A DNA stretch of 64,000 nucleotides from Sphyrna mokarran. Lineage: Eukaryota. This document shows positions 12,786-24,683 of the stretch, in pieces. The notes beneath the pieces are model-generated. The model made no database searches, was not told where the DNA came from, and saw nothing but the letters and a program-made list of their open reading frames with translations. Position 1 is the stretch's first letter. Every line of letters starts with the position of its first letter. The stretch is from the NCBI GenBank assembly GCA_024679065.1, contig JAGIQG010000004.1:99944001-100008000 (forward strand). Reading direction: 5' to 3'. Position numbers and translations under genes: made by a program.

Positions 12786-13105
12786 ATAGAATCCCTAGAG
12801 CGCAGAAGAAGGCCATTCAGCCCATCAGGTCTGTACTGACCACAATCCTATTGTGTACGGGTCTATTTCCGTAACCCCACATATTTATAATGTTAATCAC
12901 AATGAAACTAGGGAAAATTTATCATGGCCAATCAACCCAACCCACACATCTTTGGATTGTGGGAGGAAACCAAAGTACCTGGCAGAACCCACACAGACAG
13001 AGGGAGAATGTGCAAATTCCACACAGTGACCCGAGGCTGGAATTGAACCCAGTTCTCTGGTGCTGTGAGGCAGCAGTGCTAACTTCCGTGCCATCATGCC
13101 ACCCC
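12786..13105 (-). mobile_element. V-SINE type A
   Basis: Head, V domain and CR1-type tail in reverse complement. Confidence 0.9.
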
Positions 13106-13522
13106 TCATTACTTTCAAGGAATGTTTTTAAAGAGGTGAAAACTTTTCATGAAGCTTTATAAATATTCTTCACTTAGTTAAGTTCAATAAATAACTGAAG
13201 GCATCACATAATCAAAGAAAGATTCTAAGTAGTCCCTTCACTTTTTAATCATGAATGACGGTAAAGATTTCCAGCTAAAGTCAAATCTTTAATCGTCAGT
13301 CACAGAGCATTGTTCCAGCAGTCTCAAAACTAATACTACTTTAAAATAGATAATCCTTCACCACAATATCAGCTTAAATAACTTCACTCTTCGCGTTTAC
13401 TTCTTCCCAATTTATTAAAGAGTAGAATTCATGATTGAAGGTTCTTGGGCCAACTGCACATAAAACTAACCTCAATAATTCATTGCCAGAAAATTTAAAC
13501 AAACCATTTTTGAAACATACTG

Positions 13523-14520
13523 AGGGTGATTTTGAACTCATCTGTCATCAGCGAGAACAGTGATATGGTTGCAAAATCTTGCAAGAGTCGGGAAACGAGA
13601 TGCTTACCAATGAGTTCTCATTTCCCAACCTTTCTCCATGCCTCATCAGTCTTATAATGTGGTTCACACCCACAAAGAACGAGAGTCTCATTTAAGTGCT
13701 TTTACATACATTTTGATATAATAAATGAACTGCCTCCTCACTCCCCCAACTCCCCCCTCACCCACCAGTGCCATCACACGATTCCTCATCACTGAATATT
13801 CAAACCTCGCCAATGTGCAGTCATGTCTGTAAGGTTTCGAAACAGATATTGAAAAACACAAATCAGTGGAGAAGATTAGTCGCAGGAGCACAAAGGTAAA
13901 TATAGTGTGCAGGGAAATGCCTTGGCACTGCTCTCTGGCACTGCTCCAGCACAGGTTGATACTGCCAAATTGCCATAGCCCAACCTGACAGTGCCAATCC
14001 AGTAGTGCCAGTCTGTACTGAGGCAGTGCCATGGGCAGACTCTCTGAGGAGCTCCTTTGGGTATACATTATGTTTGTTGAGAGTGGGAGGGATAGTCCCT
14101 AATGCTGTTGATGGTAGGTGGTAGGAGAGCCCCTGATTCTTGTGGTGATGGTATTTCTTTCTGTATTCATCTGAGTTCCATTTTTAATTCCCTTAGAGTC
14201 CATTCTGTCAAGGTGATGTTGTCAAACATGCCCACTATCTTCTTTTTTTCAGAGAGGATCAAGACCTGAACTCAGAACTTGGCAATGCTCCATTTTTCAC
14301 TCAGAGTCTGTTCAACAACAGAAAGAGGCACAGGGGTGACAAGCTCTTTAATAACATATAATAATGTATGCTAATCAGGTTCATATCCTTTTTGGGCATG
14401 AAACTGAGCATGTCATTGACGAGGAGTGGGGAAGATCTCAAACTGAGACTTCACCAGTGCAAATTCTGTTTTTGTCCACTCACAAGATTCAGCAGCTAAC
14501 AGGTGGTCAATATTTTAGCA
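13523..14520. mobile_element. Degenerate TIR element (Harbinger-like, non-autonomous)
   Basis: Left end GAGGGTGATTTT; inverted subterminal similarity AATCTTGCAAGAGTC... vs ...CCACTCACAAGATT; internal GGCACTG/CAGTGCC repeats similar to those in 60245-61393. Confidence 0.5.
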
Positions 14521-15079
14521 GACAAACAACCTTAAGAAGAAGCTTAACAGTGAAACAAATAAAGCACTGACTATTACTGGTCCCTATTGAAAATGTCAAA
14601 ACATTAATGTTTGGGGTAAAGGTCATATTGAAAAAAATTAACATACCTGAACTTTGACTGTACATCAGTCAGATTTAAATTCATAAAATCAATCCCTTCT
14701 TCATGTTTCATACAATTATTAGATTGGCTAATATCAAGTATGAAATACCCTGGAGCCTGTGAAGTGGCAGATGGTCCAATTTCAATAAGGTATGCCATGA
14801 TTGTAAGGGTGCGAGTGTGGACATGCTGTGTGTGTGCTGGAAGCATGTAGAGTGGGCAGATTGTGAATTCAAACAGCATTTAACACTGATTTGGTGCTCA
14901 ATCAATATCCTGGGGGAAACCATTGATCAAAAAATGAAGTAGAACCGAATTCTGTATCTATGAAAGCAGATCAGAAGCTGGGAATTCTGCAATGAATAAC
15001 TCACCAGCTGATTCCCCAAAGCCTGACCACTATCTACAATACACAAGTTAGGGTGAAATACTCTCTGCTTGTCTGGATG

Positions 15080-15195
15080 AGCACAGTAAGAAGTCTCACA
15101 CCAGGTTAAAGTCCAACAGGTTTATTTGAGTTTAATCTGGTGTTGTGAGACTTCTTACCATGTTTATCCCAGCCCAATGCCACATCTCCACATCA
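15080..15195. mobile_element. Penelope-like short inverted pLTR insertion
   Basis: GTAAGAAGTCTCACACCAG ... CTGGTGTTGTGAGACTTCTTAC inverted arms plus one-sided tail; flanked by direct repeat TGTCTGGATG (15070-15079, 15196-15205). Confidence 0.78.
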
Positions 15196-15492
15196 TGTCT
15201 GGATGGTTACAGCTCCAACTGCGTTCAAGTAACTCAACACCATTGAGGACAAAGTGTACTAGCATCCCATTCACTAACTTCATCAACCAACGCCTCCATC
15301 ACTGATGCACAGTGGCAGGAGTATGTACAAAGTGTGCACCATGTACAAGATGCACTGCAGCAACTCACCAGGACTTCTTCAATGCACCTTCTGGACCTGC
15401 GACCTCTGGCTTTAGAAGACAATGGTAGCAGATGCATAGAAACACCACCACATGCAAGTTCCCCTCCACCACATCAGCATGACTTGGAAAAA

Positions 15493-16017
15493 TTGTTGGA
15501 ATTTTCCAGCCATTCCCAACAATGAGATCTTCCAGTCCCATTGATGGCAACAACCTGCTGTGGCTTCCCTGGAGGTGAAGAGTGCAAACCAAAGTTTTCA
15601 AAAGCTTATTCATTAGTCACAAGTAGTCTTGCATTAACACTGCAATGAATTTACTATGAAAGTCCCCTAGTCACCACATTCCAGCACGTGTTTGGGTATA
15701 CTGAAGGAGAATATAGCATGGCCAGTGTTCCTAGCCTGCACATCTTTGGACTGTGAGGGGAAACTGGAACACCCGAAGAAACCCATGCAGACACAGGGAA
15801 CATACGTAAAGTCCACACAGACAGTGATCCAAGTTGGGAATTGAGCACAGATCCTTGGCACTGTGAAGCAGCAGAGCTAACCACTGCACCACTGTACCGC
15901 CCAAATGGGAACCCCATTGATAGTGGTGGGACCAGAAGATCATGCTAACGGAAAATGACAGGCCACCTGCACACTGCAATACACCACGCGGAGTAGAAGG
16001 GGTGTAAAATCCAACTC
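15493..16017. mobile_element. MITE interrupted by a type B V-SINE
   Basis: Ends TGTTGGAATTTTCC ... GTAAAATCCAACTC followed by TAT; host LINE sequence is continuous across it. Confidence 0.65.
15605..15902 (-). mobile_element. V-SINE type B
   Basis: TTAGTCACAAGTAG...CACTGCAATGAA tail; V core; head ...CACTGTACCGCCC. Confidence 0.9.
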
Positions 16018-16474
16018 TATAATCATTGTTCCTTCAATATTGCTGGGTCAACATCCTGGAACTCCCTCCCTAACAACACTGTGACTGTACCTAGACCACA
16101 AGGACTGCGGTAGTTCAAGAAGGTGGTTCACCATCACCTTCTCAAGGACAGCTAGGGCTGACAATAGATGCTGGTTTTCCTGTAAATGAATAAAAATAAA
16201 ATTCTGGACGTAACAAATCCTATTAATGTCATATCCTAAACATTGCTTGCTGAACATATTGTATGAGAAACCTCCCCCAAACTATTTGAAGAGGTCAGCA
16301 TGGCACTTTCGGGTGAGATTTCTTTGATTTTAATTCCTGTTACAAAACAATGGATATACCATGTAATTGGAGGAATTGGAAAAAGCTTTTGATCTCAGAA
16401 AGAGATGAAGCTGGATATTGAAAATAAAGTGAGAGGATTTGTTGGCCTATCAGCAGAAAACATGCTTTTGCTTC

Positions 16475-17900
16475 TTGGGGCAATGATTACCATCCATCAC
16501 AATTGCAACACAATGGAAACATGGAGTATAGGAGGCAGAGATTGTGCACAGAGGGAGCACCGGGGGAAGGCCCTCAATAGAAAATTGTAGTCACCAAAGC
16601 TTCTCAAAGAGGACTTCTTTCATATCTACCTCAGCCAAAAGCAGTGTCTAAAGTGGCTGTAACTCACTGAGGAATTGTCATAGTCATCCACCTCCTACCT
16701 GGGGAGCTGATGGCCTAGTGTTATTATCGTTAGACTATTAATCCAGAAACTCAGCTAATGTTCTGGGGACTCGGTTTGAATCCCACCACTGCAGATGGTG
16801 GAATTTGAATTCAATAATTTAAAACTCTGGAATTAAATGTCTAATGATAGTCATGAAACCATTCCCATTCTCAATTGTCAGAAAAATCTATTCAGTTGAC
16901 TAATGTCTTTTTTAGAAGGAAGTCTGCTCTCCTTACCTGGCCTGGCTGATATATGATTCCAGACCCACAGCAATATGATTGACTCTCAACTGCTCTGTGA
17001 ACAAGAGCACCTAGAGATGGGCAATAAATACTGGCCAGCCTGTGATGCCTATGCCCTAAGAATGAATAAAAAAAATGAATGAATAAAAAGCTACACAATA
17101 GGGCAGTGGTCATGGTCATGAAGATCATTATGACTCTCAATTTCACTGTCCACCCATGCATTGTTTCAGGTCACAACATAGAATGCTGTCAACATTTCAC
17201 AATCCACTGTGCAATGCTGCACAAGTGAGGTGACAGAAGCCCTGTATGTAAGGAGAGGGAACCTTGTAGTCTTTACACTTAACAGAAAGAAACAGGGGCA
17301 TAACTTTGCTGGAATAATGGAAATCTCATTGGTGCAGGGAGTCACTGATTGCATGCATATGGCTTTGTGGACTCTACATATTAAAAAGACATACCATTTT
17401 CAGAAAGACCACCATTCGCTTAATGTATGGCTGATGTGCTGTGTAACCATATCCTGAACATCAAGCGAGTAAATTGCAGCTATTCTTCCATTTTGAGGCA
17501 GTCAGCCATGCCTGCCATCTTTGAGTCACTTTGATTTCAAGGGTTGTACATTGCTCATGATTCTGCTTTTTCATCTGGCGACTCATGAGTTCCTCACCTA
17601 CATTGAGAACCATGCTGCTGTCAGAAGGGCTGTGGAGCAAACCATTGGTATTCTGAAACAGCAATTCTGCTGTATGGACCACTTGGTGGAAGGACACAAA
17701 TATTCACTGGAGCAGTCCTCTACAATCCTGATAGTTTACTGCATTCTTGACAAACTCAGTCTCATGAGGATGTAGGCCTTGCAATTCAGCTTCAGCTGGT
17801 CATCTTGGGAAGGGGTAGAAGCGCGAGAAGAGAGGAGAAAGAGGGTTATATAGAGAAGAATGAGTAGGAGGGGATGAGAGAGGAGGAAGAAGGAAATGAC
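16475..17900 (+). pseudogene. Decayed PIF/Harbinger DDE transposase (HARBI1-like)
   Basis: EVTEALYVRRG...LVQGVTDCMHMAL...HHSLNVWLMC (17209-17457) and NHAAVRRAVEQTIGILKQQFCCMD...YSLEQ...VYCILDKL (17521-17775) match GAIDCTH, HSLNVQ and IE.TIG.LK.RFRCL...Y.P; purine-rich acidic tail follows; frameshifted; SINE at 16701-17090. Confidence 0.88.
16701..17090 (+). mobile_element. tRNA-headed SINE type C, inside the transposase
   Basis: A-box TGGCCTAGTG, B-box GGTTTGAATCCC, body CCTTACCTGGCCTGGC..., tail GATGGGCAATAAATACTGGCC...GAATGAATAAAAAAAA. Confidence 0.88.
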
Positions 17901-18087
17901 ATCCGACACCCTCTCTGCTCCAGATGAGCTTCCCTTGGTGACTAGCTATTCAATCTCTACCACATTCCCATTGCTCTACAACTCCTTAGCTTTCCATCCC
18001 TGTCTATGGACCATCAAGTGACCTTTTGGCCAAAATCAGAAAATACCATTTCATGATGACTTTATCTGAAAACATTTTCAATAATAA

Positions 18088-18345
18088 AGCTTATTTCTTA
18101 GTCACAAGTAAGGCTTTCATTAACACTGCAGTAAAGTTAATGGGAAATTCCTCCAGTCACCATAGTCCAGTGCCAGGTTGTGTCAATGCACCTAACTAGC
18201 ACGTCTTTCAGACTGTGGGAGGAAACTAAACACCCAGAGGAAACCCACACAGATACGTGAGAATGTCCAACATCCACAAAGACAGTGACCCAAGCTGGGA
18301 ACTGAACTCAGATCCCTGGCTCTGTGAAGCAGCAGTGCTAACCGC
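18088..18345 (-). mobile_element. V-SINE type B
   Basis: Type B tail and V core in reverse complement. Confidence 0.87.
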
Positions 18346-18734
18346 TAATACAAAATTGAAGCATTTGCCCTTCAACATTCTCTTACTGTTGTCTTGTGAG
18401 TGCCTTTGTTTGGTCTCATGCTTCTGCACAGTGTGGCTACAGCATGGCTGGTGAAAGATTGTTAAGCTTCAGTGTGAGCGATTGCAGTTGGCTTTTGAGC
18501 AGCTCTAACCTTGAAAGTCTGGCACTGGATTTCATCTCTGCAATCTAAGTCCACTAATGAAGCAGCAGTGATGGCAGAACAAATCCTGTTGCCCAGAAAG
18601 GAGACAGCAGGTTTGTGCTTCATACAGCCACTGCCAATTCTCTGGTGCAATGCCTCAGCACTCCTAGTTATCTATTAGAGCACAGGTTGCTGTGGGAGAC
18701 TGCATTTCCTTTTGAGCACTCGCATCCAAAGCTA

Positions 18735-19025
18735 TGAGCAACTGTGACACAGTGGTTAGAACTGCTACCTCACAGTGCCAGGGACTCGAATTCAGTTCCT
18801 GGCTTGGGTCATTGTCTGTGCAGAGTCTGCACATTCTCCCAATTTCTGTGTGGATTTCCTCTGGATGCTTTGGTTTTCTCCCACTTTCAGAAAGACATGC
18901 TAGTTACACTGGCTATGTTAAATTCTCCCTCAATGTAGCTGAACAGGGGACAGAATACATTGAAGGGGATTTTCACAGTAACTTCACTGCAGTGATAAAG
19001 TAAGCATATTTGTGACACTAATAAA
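18735..19025 (+). mobile_element. V-SINE type B
   Basis: Head CAGTGGTTAGAACTGCTACCTCACAG, V core, tail CACAGTAACTTCACTGCAGTG...TGTGACACTAATAAAC. Confidence 0.88.
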
Positions 19026-19126
19026 CCCAGACTTAAAAACAATTAGAAGTTGCATGACTCTATACATGGGACATCATGACATCAGACTGAGCTTCCATTG
19101 TAGCAATAAAGTATCACATATCTTTT

Positions 19127-19913
19127 TGTTAGGGACCAGATCAGAAACTCCAAAGTATGTTACAGTTTGCCTAGATCCTAACTTCTTTGATTTTGGAGCT
19201 ATGATAAGCATAAGGATCAGATGTGATTTGATTGATTCACTAGGAAGCTTTTATTAAAAAGAAACTTTATTTAAGATCACAGATTATATAGAAAGAATTA
19301 TCATAGTTTTTACTAGTTGGAATGCTTAAACATGACAAAGTATAATTCTTAATAGCTATTCATTTCTATAGTTCCAATATATGCAATATCCCCATAGACA
19401 TATTGCTTTCTTGAGAAGCAATTCGCACCAAAATCAGATATACAGATGTGGATGCTAGTTGTCCAGTCTTTTAGCCACTCAAGACAGAAAAAAACCTCCT
19501 CTGACTCCCATACAGCAGTTTCAAAGGAGGATACATCCTTGAAGTACTTAGTGAAAAAAAGACTTACTTTTTGGCAGATCCCAGAATATAGAGAATGAAA
19601 GAGTTATTTCTTTATACAGCTCTCAAGCAGTAGCTGAACTGGATTTCTCTCTGTGAGACTAAGCTTGCTCAGTTGCCTGACTTTTCCTGTCAAAACCTAA
19701 TCAAACCCCACTCTGTAAAATCTCAGGGGAAAACATAAATGAATGAGCTACATTAGCCCAGATAAAAACAAACATATTCACAATTAAAATCAATTATGCT
19801 TCTGCAGTAACAACAGGGAATGGTGAATGCAGGCAAAATGGAAGCAATAATAAAACAAACTTCTAAAATAAATATGATCTAAATACATTCCTTAAAGGTA
19901 CAATATTGTCACA
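19127..19913 (-). mobile_element. Probable solo LTR
   Basis: TGTTAG...GTCACA termini, near-TSD CTTTT/CTTTA, minus-strand AATAAA motifs near 19250-19270; sits within the Harbinger remnant. Confidence 0.5.
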
Positions 19914-20211
19914 CTTTATTGTCACCATTCGGTCTATACTGCACTGGTCATTAGACAGTGCATCAAAGTCTCAGCAGCAGAATTTCTCTCCAATCTCATT
20001 CTATGAGGAGCTGGTACATGCACTATCCTTCCTTCCTGATCTGGTTGTAGCCCACTCATGCCCAGTGACTCACCATGTGCTGATCTCACCCTTGTGAGTA
20101 TACAATAATACTTTGTACACTAAACTATGTACAGTGCCACTGTCTGAGCTGATGGCTGTGAATGCAGGTCAAGGTTCTTGGGCAAATTCCCGCTGTTCCT
20201 TGTGCTTGTCT

Positions 20212-20884
20212 GTACAGATGCAGCAGATAGTGAAGAAGGCAAATGGTATGTTGGCCTTCATAGCGAGAGGACTTGAGTACAGAAGCAGGAATGTCTTGCT
20301 GCAATTACATAGGGCCTTGGGCAAATGACACCTGAAACATTGCATGCAGTTTTGGTCTCCTTATCTGAGGAAGGATGTTCTTGTCATAGAGGAAGTACAG
20401 CGAATATTTACTAGACTGATTCCTGGGATGGTAGGTCTGTCATATGAGGAGAAATTGAGTCATTTAGGATTATATTAGCTGGAGTTTTGAAGAAAGAAAA
20501 GATTTCATAGACACCTATAAAATCTTAACAGTGTGGATGCAGGAAGGATGTTTCCAACAGTGGGGATGTCCAAAACCATGAATCTAAGTCTAAGGATATG
20601 GGGTAAACCTTATAGGACTAAGATAAGGAGAAATTTCTTCACCCAGAGAATGATGAGGCTGTGGAATTCATTATAATAGAATGTAGTTGAGGCCAAAGCA
20701 TTGTATGTTTTCAGCAAAGTGTTTGATAGAGCTCTTGGGGCAAAGGGGATTAAAGCTTATGGGGAGTGAGGTGGGCAGGTAGGATCAGGTTGAGTTGGAT
20801 GATTGACCATGATCATAATGAATGGTGAAGAAGCCTTGAAGGTCCAAATGGCCTATTCTTGCTCCTGTTTACTACGTTTCTATC
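20212..20884 (+). mobile_element. CR1 LINE 3' fragment
   Basis: QQIVKKANGMLAFIARGLEYRSRNVLLQLHRAL; tail GGTCCAAATGGCCTATTCTTGCTCCT. Confidence 0.9.
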
Positions 20885-21052
20885 ATTTTATGTGCTCAGT
20901 CTGTACTAGCTGGTCAAGCCATTGGCAGCAAAGAAAAAGTGGGGTGGGGTGATAGTGGTGAGTTTAGGCTGCTTGAGAAAGGAAAGGCTAGAATATAGAA
21001 AGCATGAGATGTTTAGTCACACTATTTATAGCTTGCACTGGCAGGCAAATGA

Positions 21053-21268
21053 TTTTGATTTGATTTATTATTGTCACACATATTAACATACAGTGAAAAG
21101 TATTGTTTATTGCATGCCAAACAGACAAAACATACCATTCATTGAGAAGGAAATGAAAGAGTACAGAATGTAGTATTACAGCCATAGCTAGCATGTGGAG
21201 AAAGATCAACTTAATGCAAGATAAGTCCATTTAAGAGTCTGATAGTGGCAGGGAAGCTGCTGCTCTTA
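21053..21268 (-). mobile_element. Rex1/Babar-type LINE 3' end
   Basis: GATTTGATTTATTATTGTCACA...GCAGGGAAGCTG, same as 11210 and 62244. Confidence 0.8.
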
Positions 21269-21324
21269 GCAGAGAAGATAAAATTATGAAGGGGGATTTG
21301 AAAAGGTGCATACAGTCATCCTTA

Positions 21325-21935
21325 ATGTTCTCAGTAACATCACATGCAAAAGCCTCAGTAATGCCAGCCCAAAATGTGGATCACTCTTTCCTCCACGAAA
21401 CTTAGTTATTACAAATGTGCCTATCCCCTGCCTAACTGCTGCTCCCTGTGGTTACATGCAACCTTGTCTTGCAAGCTAGTGTTGTAATGTTTCTTGATGC
21501 CTGTCATAGCTGAAAACTGGATGCAAGTGGAAGCTACAAGTGATAGATGTGAGGCTGGCGGCAATGGGAAGTGTGAGAAGGCGTGCTTGCTAGTGCATCT
21601 TTACGTTGTACATAAATCCATCTAACTATTGCTAATGGGTGAGTGATGAGGCTTAATGCATTGAGTGAGGTTGGTGATACAATGCTGGAAATTTCATTTG
21701 AAGATGCATTCATTGACCCTGACCAGATGTGTGCAGTAATTGAACCTTTTTCTGCATTGTAGCCAAGTCCTTGGGCTTGACCTGAGGAATTGAGCTTCCT
21801 GACTATCTGCTGTCATTGGCTCCAGGAAATATGCTTTGAGGGCCTCCTAAGGAGACATCACTTCTCTTCTTCTCTTGAAGTCTGCATTTGGGCCTTCAGC
21901 ATTGCATCAGGAAACACTCTCACTTGTTCCACTTG
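21325..21935 (-). pseudogene. Decayed Myb/SANT-like DNA-binding protein gene of a Harbinger element (two exons visible)
   Basis: Exon ~21718-21935: FPDAMLKAQM...RRPSKHISWSQ*QQIVRKLN...PRTWLQCRKRFNYCTHLVR then GT. Exon ~21325-21468: DKVACNHREQQLGRG*...LSFVEERVIHILG. Matches the W..VA..VN...RTW.QCRKKFNDL / K.AHN.RE...TGGG pattern. Confidence 0.8.
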
Positions 21936-23949
21936 CAACAATCTTCCTCTCTCAAATGTTTCTGATTTCTGTCCAGTTGCTGCTCAAGCATCAGTACAGG
22001 ACAGATGCTGTCTTTGATATATATGCCAGCCAATAAAAGGCCAGTAGTGTGTTTCATTGTGGACTATATGCCACAATCGTTGAAATAAGCTGTTGTGCAT
22101 GCTGCCTGCATCAACTGGATAAGGTGCGGCGTAATCATGCATTATCCTCCCCACAGCTTCTAAGGGGTTTAGCTGAAGGTTTAGCTCTGTATTTTTCAAT
22201 ATTTTGAGACAATAAGAACTCATGTACCAATTGTTTCTGAACTGACATTTCATGAGTCATGATAGCTAAGTTTGAATACACTCCATCAATAGTCACTTAA
22301 CAAAGCACAACACAATGGATTCATGAAAAATTATTCCCCTGATAACTGCAACTGTTGGAATACACGGAAGAAAACCCAGAATTAGATTTCCAAGTTTTTG
22401 AGTCATACAGTTTCAATGTAGATAATTATGTTTAATCACAGAGTCACTGTGCTACAACTTTACCCTTGAAATATTTATTTATTTTCTTTTATGATACAAT
22501 TCTTAGTGTTTTAATCATCCTTTCTGTGGAAAAAGGCTCTTAATTTTCCTCTTCCAATTCAGGTTTCATTTATCCCATAAGTGTAGCATCCACATAGAGC
22601 TAAATCTCTTCAGTTATAAAGTAAATATGCCCCAAACTTAGAAATATTGCTGCAGATCTTCAGAGCAGTAGCATTGATTGCCAGGTTGTTACTGCGCTTG
22701 TAAATTGCCCTGACTCAACATTGCAGTGCATTTTTTCTGGAGTTTTCTGATCTTGACTATCACAGAAATATGCAGCACTGCATCCCGTAAGGAAATCTGT
22801 TGGAGCAGAGTGGAGTCAGGGCAAGATAGGCATGTGAATTTTTACAACACTCACTGGCACGTGTTGAGTGTTAGCGAATGGCGGAGTACATTGGTTTACA
22901 GGTGAATGGATGAGCTGGTGAGTGAATGGATAGGTAGGTCAATAGGGTAGATAAATGGTGAGGTAATAGGTGGGCAATAGGATCGGGCAGGGGGTTAGTA
23001 AGGTCCAGAAGATAGTTGTTGATGTGGTCAGGTCAGAAGTGTAGTCAGGGCTAGTTGGAGAGGTTAGCCAGTGGTGTAACTGGGTCGACTGTGAGGTATC
23101 TGGGTTGGGTTGGGAAAGTTGGAGACATTCATGGAGGATCTTGGGAAGTGGGACAATTGTCCACAAGAGGTGTAAACTTCTTGGGCAATTCCCACATTAA
23201 GGGCCCTTGCATTAGAACTTCTGCAGGTTCCTAACAAGCAGTTTTAGTTATAAGTCTGGTCTCCAATAATCCAGAGTCTGAGACATTGGCCCATTGTTAT
23301 TTGGGAGCGGGTGGTCAAAATGTATGTTGGTATATTCTTTTATAAGTAGAAGTCAACTCAATTATTGAAACTAAAACTGTATACTTTAAATTATTACAAT
23401 ACATTCTATACTCCCTAATACAAGTTAATGTGTTTGCTGGATTGAGCTTCATATATTTTTAAATGGCATTGGACACCAATCCAGAGACAGAGACATTAAA
23501 CTCAGTGTGTAACCTTTAACCACTGGTTAAATAATGAACATTGTACTTTTGAGAAGATATTTTTAATGAATAAACAATTGCTCAAGCATCAACAAACTTC
23601 CTATGCAAAAGGAAAGTTTTGCTCTTCATGGCCATGTGTGCATTTCAGCTTCCACACATTGCTAAAATGCAGAGATAGTTTCAGGAATATTTAATAATGT
23701 TTCTCAAATATTGGGAACTGTGAAGAACTTGGAACATATTTTTTTTCTTATTGCATTTGTTAGCTATCTGTTTCCATAGAGGCTTTTTTCACCACAGTGA
23801 CATTTGCCAACTTGTGGAGTCATAACTTAAAACACTTGATTGTATTTTATTTGAAGTATAATAGCTCAGAAAACATAAATAGTTTAACAATAACATTTGT
23901 GAATAAGTAAACTACATGCGGATTACAGCTGGTTTATTTTAAGATGGAA

Positions 23950-24252
23950 TTCATAGAATCCTTACGGTGCAGAAGGAGGCCTTTTGGTCCATTGAGTCTG
24001 CACTGATCACAATCCCATCCAAGCCCTATTCCTATAATCCCACATATTTACCCTGCTAATCCCCCTGAGACCAGGTTCAATTTAACATGACCAGTTAACC
24101 TAACCCTCGCATCTTTGGACTGTGGGACGAAACAGGAGCACCCAGAGGAAACCCATGCAGACACAGTGAGAATGTGCAAACTCCATATAGATAGTGACCC
24201 AAGGCCAGAATTGAGCCCGGGTACCTGGCACTTTGAGACTGCTGTGCTAACA
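23950..24252 (-). mobile_element. V-SINE type A
   Basis: CATAGAATCC tail, V core and tRNA head in reverse complement. Confidence 0.88.
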
Positions 24253-24309
24253 TTACATCCACAGTTTTATTACATAATTCTATGTATTTTGGATGTAAAA
24301 TATTTTAAA

Positions 24310-24683
24310 GTAGAGGGATGACCTGACAGAGGTTTACAAGAATATGAGTGGCATGGACAGAACGGATAATCAGATGTTCTTTCCTTGGATAGAAAAGTCA
24401 AGTACTAGGCGACATAAAGTTTAAAGTGGGTAGGCAAAAGTTTAGAGGAAATGAGTGAGGCAAGTTTTTTTATACTGAGGGTGGTGAATGACTGGAACGT
24501 GCTGTCCAGGGAGGCGGTGGGACCAGGACACCATAGCAGCATTTAAGGGGCATCTAGACGTGAATAGGAGGGAATGGAAGGATGGACTCCTTAAGTGCAT
24601 ACAGTTTTAGTTAAAGCAGGCATCATGATCAGTACAGACTTGAAGGGCTGAAGGGCCTGTTCCTGTGTTGTACTGTTCTTTGT
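24310..24683 (+). mobile_element. CR1 LINE 3' end
   Basis: RG.LTEVYK-like start; tail GGGCTGAAGGGCCTGTTCCTGTGTTGTACTGTTCTTTGT. Confidence 0.85.

Larger units (their letters stand above)
14990..16198 (+). mobile_element. CR1-group (Zenon/T1-like) LINE 3' portion, multiply interrupted
   Basis: Degenerate IYKAQVR..MEYSPL.WM and SLHH...VCTMYKMHCSNSP motifs; resumes at 16018 after the MITE; same family as 39575-40935. Clade name tentative. Confidence 0.75.

Noticed and set aside
17209-17775. Functional HARBI1 host gene
   Set aside because: Frameshifts, degenerate catalytic motifs and a SINE insertion show a dead transposon copy.
22630-23292. Further degenerate TIR-like elements (also ~7000-7600 and ~53690-54220)
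   Set aside because: Only one end or internal palindromes are recognisable; both TIRs and a TSD could not be shown.
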